Assembly (NCBI GenBank): GCA_040878325.1
Contig: JBBDMM010000006.1
Location: forward strand, 192,418 to 256,417
DNA: 64,000 nucleotides
Source: Acidimicrobiia bacterium
GTDB lineage: Bacteria; Actinomycetota; Acidimicrobiia; Spongiisociales; UBA11373
Direction: 5' to 3'
A program made the position numbers and the translations under genes. Shown here one piece after another: positions 60,397 through 64,000 of this stretch (positions are counted from its first letter, which is position 1; the number at the start of each line of letters is the position of its first letter). The notes below the pieces were generated by a model. It did no database searches. It was given only the letters and a program-made list of their open reading frames with translations, and was not told where the DNA came from.

Positions 60397-62574
60397 TCAA
60401 TGGGTGGCGTTCGGATTCACGCCACGCCCCTCGAGCCACTGGGTGAGTGCTGGCAGAGCCGCCTCGTAGCCTCGCTGGGAGACGCTGATTGGATCCTCGA
60501 AATCGAGCATCGAGACTCCACTGATGTCGAGCTCGAGGTAGAAGTCGGCAAGGCCCGAAGCGAGCTGGCGGTTCCGCTCCCGCATCGACGCGGTGATCAT
60601 CGAGCGCATCAGCACCGCCGAGATCCGGGGATAGCCGGGACTCTTCTTGCGCAGCTTGGAGCGGAGCGCCGACCAACCCGACACCGAGAGCCCGTAGTCA
60701 TGGCGGGCCCTGGGCCCTGCCGGCGGAGCCACGTCGGCCGCGATCACCAGACCCCCCGGTGACATCTCGCGGGCGATGTCGATCGGCATGTTGTTCAGCA
60801 CGCCGCCATCGATCAATAGCTGGTCTTCGAACGGGACCGGGGGCATCACCCCGGGAATGGCGGTGGTGGCTCGAATCGCCAACACCACCGATCCACGGCG
60901 GTGGAGGTGGATGCGCGACGCAGTCAGGTTCGTCGACACGCAGAAGTACGTGAGCCACAGGTCCTCGATCTCGCGGTCCCTCCAGGTGTTCTCGGCTTCG
61001 CCGGCAATCCGCTTTCCCTTGACGAGGGATACGAAGGGCAGCGTGTAGTCGAGGACGCGCATGAAGCTCTTGCGAGCCCATTCGGTGGCTTCGTCGGCTG
61101 TGAACCCTTCGGCCACTGTGGCCGCGATCACTCCGCCGATCGAGGTACCGCCCACGATGTCGATGGGGATGCCGAGTTCGTTCATCGCGCGGACCACACC
61201 CAGGTGAGCAAACCCCCGGCCACCGCCGCCGCCGAAGACCAGTGCGTTCGCCTTGCCGACAGCGACCCGGGCGACACGAGCGAGATCCTGATCGGACCCG
61301 TCTTCGACATTGATGACCTGGTCGCCCGAGAACAGGTCGCGGATCTTTGCCGAACCCGTCGGTGGTGAGGCTCGGGACGGCCGCATGACCACGACCGTGC
61401 GATCGAGGCCGGGTCGGCAGCCCGCGAGCAATCGTTCGAGATGCTCCACCTCGGCCGCCGTGGGGTCGTCGGGGGTGATGACGAGCAACCGATCGGCCAT
61501 TCCCAGTGCCCGGCGCGACCAGGGGCCGGGCTCGGGGCCCAGTTCGAGGACCAGGTGATCGGTCTCGAGCTCGAAGTCCTGCACCAACCGGGAGACCCGG
61601 ATTCCACCGATCTCCCCGCGCGCCGAGTCGAAGATTCCGGGAGTGTCGAGGAGGGCGTCGACACGTTGTGGCCAGAGGCGATAGGTACGGCCGTGACGGT
61701 CGAGTTCGTGCTTGATGACCTTGACCACAGCTTCGGCGTCGAGCCGTGGCGAGATAGCGAGGGCGAGAACGGTGCTGGGCGGGGCGTCACGGGCAACGTC
61801 CTCGGCCCGGGCGACAGCGCGGAGACAGAGCTCGAACATCATCCGCGGCTGGCTGGTGACCAGTTGGTTGAACGCCTTTTCGTCCATCCGCGCCACCACG
61901 GTGTCGCGCGCCGCGGTCAAGGTCGCCCCACGGGGGGTTTGCCCCATGAGGCCGAGTTCCCCGACGAATTCCCCCCGGCCCGCCTCGCCGATGCGAACCT
62001 CGTTGGGTGCGGTTCCTCTTGTCGCCGTGAGGCGACCTCGTACCACCACGTAGACCGCGTCCGACGCGTCGCCCTCTTTGAAGAGCACTGTTCCCTGCTC
62101 GAGCTTGAGCCATTGGACCGACTGGCAGGTCGACATCAGGGCCTCGTCGTCGTCGATCGCGAAATGGTCTGCGAGGAGCGACGCCAGTTCGGCGTACTCG
62201 GCACGCTGCACCGCCAGTTCGGCGAGGTGGTGGGAGAGGTCGGGGTTCGCGTCCAGGATCTGCTGGAAGGCGGAGGTCGGGTAGGCGATCAGCTCGGCGC
62301 GGGTTCGGGCGGACACGGTGACCGACCTCACTCCGCCGCCAAAGTGGGCCATCTCGCCGACAACTGCTCCTGGCTCGTCCACGATCGCGAGGAGAGACCG
62401 GTCGGCGGTCATGGTGCGCGAGACGGTGAGCGACCCTTCGACCAGCACAAACACCGTGTCGGCCGTGTCTCCCCGCCGCATCAGGATCTCACCGGGCTCG
62501 AGGGAGAGGCGAGAGGTGTTGGTGCCCTCCACCTGGGCACCGTCGATCAACACTCGGAGAGAAGGGTTCACCAC
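60397..62574 (-). CDS. two cNMP-binding domains + patatin-like phospholipase (NTE-like)
   Basis: GEM/GEL cNMP motifs; GGGGRG, GTSIG and DGG patatin motifs. Confidence 0.9.
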   Translation of the reverse strand: MVNPSLRVLIDGAQVEGTNTSRLSLEPGEILMRRGDTADTVFVLVEGSLTVSRTMTADRSLLAIVDEPGAVVGEMAHFGGGVRSVTVSARTRAELIAYPTSAFQQILDANPDLSHHLAELAVQRAEYAELASLLADHFAIDDDEALMSTCQSVQWLKLEQGTVLFKEGDASDAVYVVVRGRLTATRGTAPNEVRIGEAGRGEFVGELGLMGQTPRGATLTAARDTVVARMDEKAFNQLVTSQPRMMFELCLRAVARAEDVARDAPPSTVLALAISPRLDAEAVVKVIKHELDRHGRTYRLWPQRVDALLDTPGIFDSARGEIGGIRVSRLVQDFELETDHLVLELGPEPGPWSRRALGMADRLLVITPDDPTAAEVEHLERLLAGCRPGLDRTVVVMRPSRASPPTGSAKIRDLFSGDQVINVEDGSDQDLARVARVAVGKANALVFGGGGGRGFAHLGVVRAMNELGIPIDIVGGTSIGGVIAATVAEGFTADEATEWARKSFMRVLDYTLPFVSLVKGKRIAGEAENTWRDREIEDLWLTYFCVSTNLTASRIHLHRRGSVVLAIRATTAIPGVMPPVPFEDQLLIDGGVLNNMPIDIAREMSPGGLVIAADVAPPAGPRARHDYGLSVSGWSALRSKLRKKSPGYPRISAVLMRSMITASMRERNRQLASGLADFYLELDISGVSMLDFEDPISVSQRGYEAALPALTQWLEGRGVNPNATH

Positions 62575-62826
62575 GCCCGGCAACCTAGCCGAATAGACGG
62601 TCCATGGTCCATGGCCAGAGCGACGACGGCGGGGGCGGCCCGCCGCTTCCTGCCGGTAGCGGGCAGCGGGAAGCGGGTAGCGTCTCGGTTGCACGCCCGG
62701 AGGGACTCGAACCCCCAACCAGTCATTGGGGTGCGGAGCGCTGTGGAGTGGGGTTTCGAGCCCGGTTAGGGGTCGAAACGCTGCGACGGTCGGCCCTTGG
62801 GCCGACTGGTGGCCGCGGGGACGTTG

Positions 62827-62900
62827 CACGCCCGGAGGGACTCGAACCCCCAACCTCCTGGTCCGTAGCCAGACGCTCTATCCAATTGAGCTACGGGCGC
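62827..62900 (-). tRNA. tRNA-Arg(ACG)
   Basis: GCGCCCGTAGCTCAATTGGATAGAGCG-TCTGG-CT-ACG-GA-CCAGG. Confidence 0.95.
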
Positions 62901-63113
62901 ATTCACTCACTTCCAACCGGCCGCCCACTGGGGACCTTCCGGGGCATCGCGAGCAGTCGGCATCGTAGCCGCGGGAGGAGTTCGCATCGGTGGTGAGTTT
63001 GTCGCTCAGGGCGGGTACGGGGCTACGCCGTTCACTCGGTGCGATCGCGGTGGACGCCCCACCCGCGGCGGTCGCGCGCCGGGTAACTTCCCGGCAACAG
63101 GAGGACATGACCA

Positions 63114-64000
63114 GTGTCGTTCGATGTTCACGACCAGGCTGCTTACGACGCGCTGCAGAAGAAGCTGATCCCGCTCTGGAAGTCGCTCCAGAGCATCAAC
63201 ACCGACCCGCAGACCATCGTGGTGGTTCCCTCCGCCGAGTTCGACCTAGAGCTCTCGCCCACCGAACTACAGGCGATCGAGGAGCGGTACCTGTTCTTCC
63301 TGCTGCTGCTCCGCCAGCCTCGAGCCCGGCTGATCTACGTGACCGGCCAGTCGATCCACCCCGACATCGTCGACTACTACCTCGACCTGATGCCTGGAGT
63401 GGTTTCGAGCCACGCCCGTAAGCGGCTGTACATGGTCTCCCCGATGGAGGCCACCCCCCGTCCACTCACCGACAAGATCCTCTCCCGGCCCCGGCTGATC
63501 GAGAGGATCCGCTCGTTGATCATCGACCCGGACCGCGCCCACCTCGTGCCCTACTGGGCGACCTGGAAGGACCGCGAGCTGGCGATGCGGCTGGGCATCC
63601 CCATGTACGGAGCCGACCCCAAGGACTCCCACCTCGGTACCAAGACCTCGAGCCGGAGGCTGTTCGCGGAATCCGGGGTCAACCATCCCATTGGCCACCA
63701 GGACCTGCCCGACCGGGAAGCAGTCGCCGATGCGCTGGTTCGGATGCGCCAGGCGAAGCCCGGCATGCGCGCGGTGGTGATCAAGCACAACGAGGGGGTG
63801 TCGGGCTACGGCAACTCGATCCTTGGGCTCGACGGGCTTCCCCCGGCCGGCGACTCTGATGAGGCCCCGGCCATCCATGATCTGCTCGATCGGATCCCGG
63901 TCGAGGCACCAGGTACACCCGAGAAGTACTGGTCGATGTTCGCCCGCGAGGGCGGGATCGTCGAGGAGATGGTCAGCGGAGCCGAGGTGCGCAGCCCCAG
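63114..64000 (+). CDS. PGM1-related ATP-grasp peptide ligase (runs off window; absent from the ORF track)
   Basis: GGAGGA RBS plus GTG; translates to ...LQKKLIPLW...IVVVPS...EERYLFFLLLLRQPRARLIYVT...VIKHNEGVSGYGN. Confidence 0.8.
   Translation, partial: MSFDVHDQAAYDALQKKLIPLWKSLQSINTDPQTIVVVPSAEFDLELSPTELQAIEERYLFFLLLLRQPRARLIYVTGQSIHPDIVDYYLDLMPGVVSSHARKRLYMVSPMEATPRPLTDKILSRPRLIERIRSLIIDPDRAHLVPYWATWKDRELAMRLGIPMYGADPKDSHLGTKTSSRRLFAESGVNHPIGHQDLPDREAVADALVRMRQAKPGMRAVVIKHNEGVSGYGNSILGLDGLPPAGDSDEAPAIHDLLDRIPVEAPGTPEKYWSMFAREGGIVEEMVSGAEVRSP

Overview
High-GC bacterial window. Gene order (crgA-pknB-pbpA-rodA-pstP-fhaB-fhaA-tRNA-Leu, DUF222-HNH, class F sortase) suggests an actinobacterium, probably deep-branching; this is inference. 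It looks like a draft or metagenomic assembly, with a 100-N gap and a 45-nt poly-C run. Housekeeping content: a complete heme cluster (hemH hemF cydDC-like hemA C D B L E N Y), the cell-division kinase cluster, serS, a large Alu-type SRP RNA, eight tRNAs (all four Ser isoacceptors clustered), tadA and prfC. The stand-out region is about 43.5-53.1 kb. Eleven same-orientation copies of a 32-bp site (consensus CCTCGGCCAGCGTACGTAAATGTCACCCGAGG) separate single-gene, cassette-like units (Fic protein, three lipoproteins, small membrane and unknown proteins) and three 20-21-bp empty units. The array abuts an HUH rolling-circle Rep, a small overlapping ORF and a large serine recombinase next to tRNA-Ser. 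Parts of the same site recur in front of both rep and the recombinase gene. This looks like an integron-like cassette array that is not run by IntI/attC. All calls come from reading the sequence and motifs by eye; no database searches were run.
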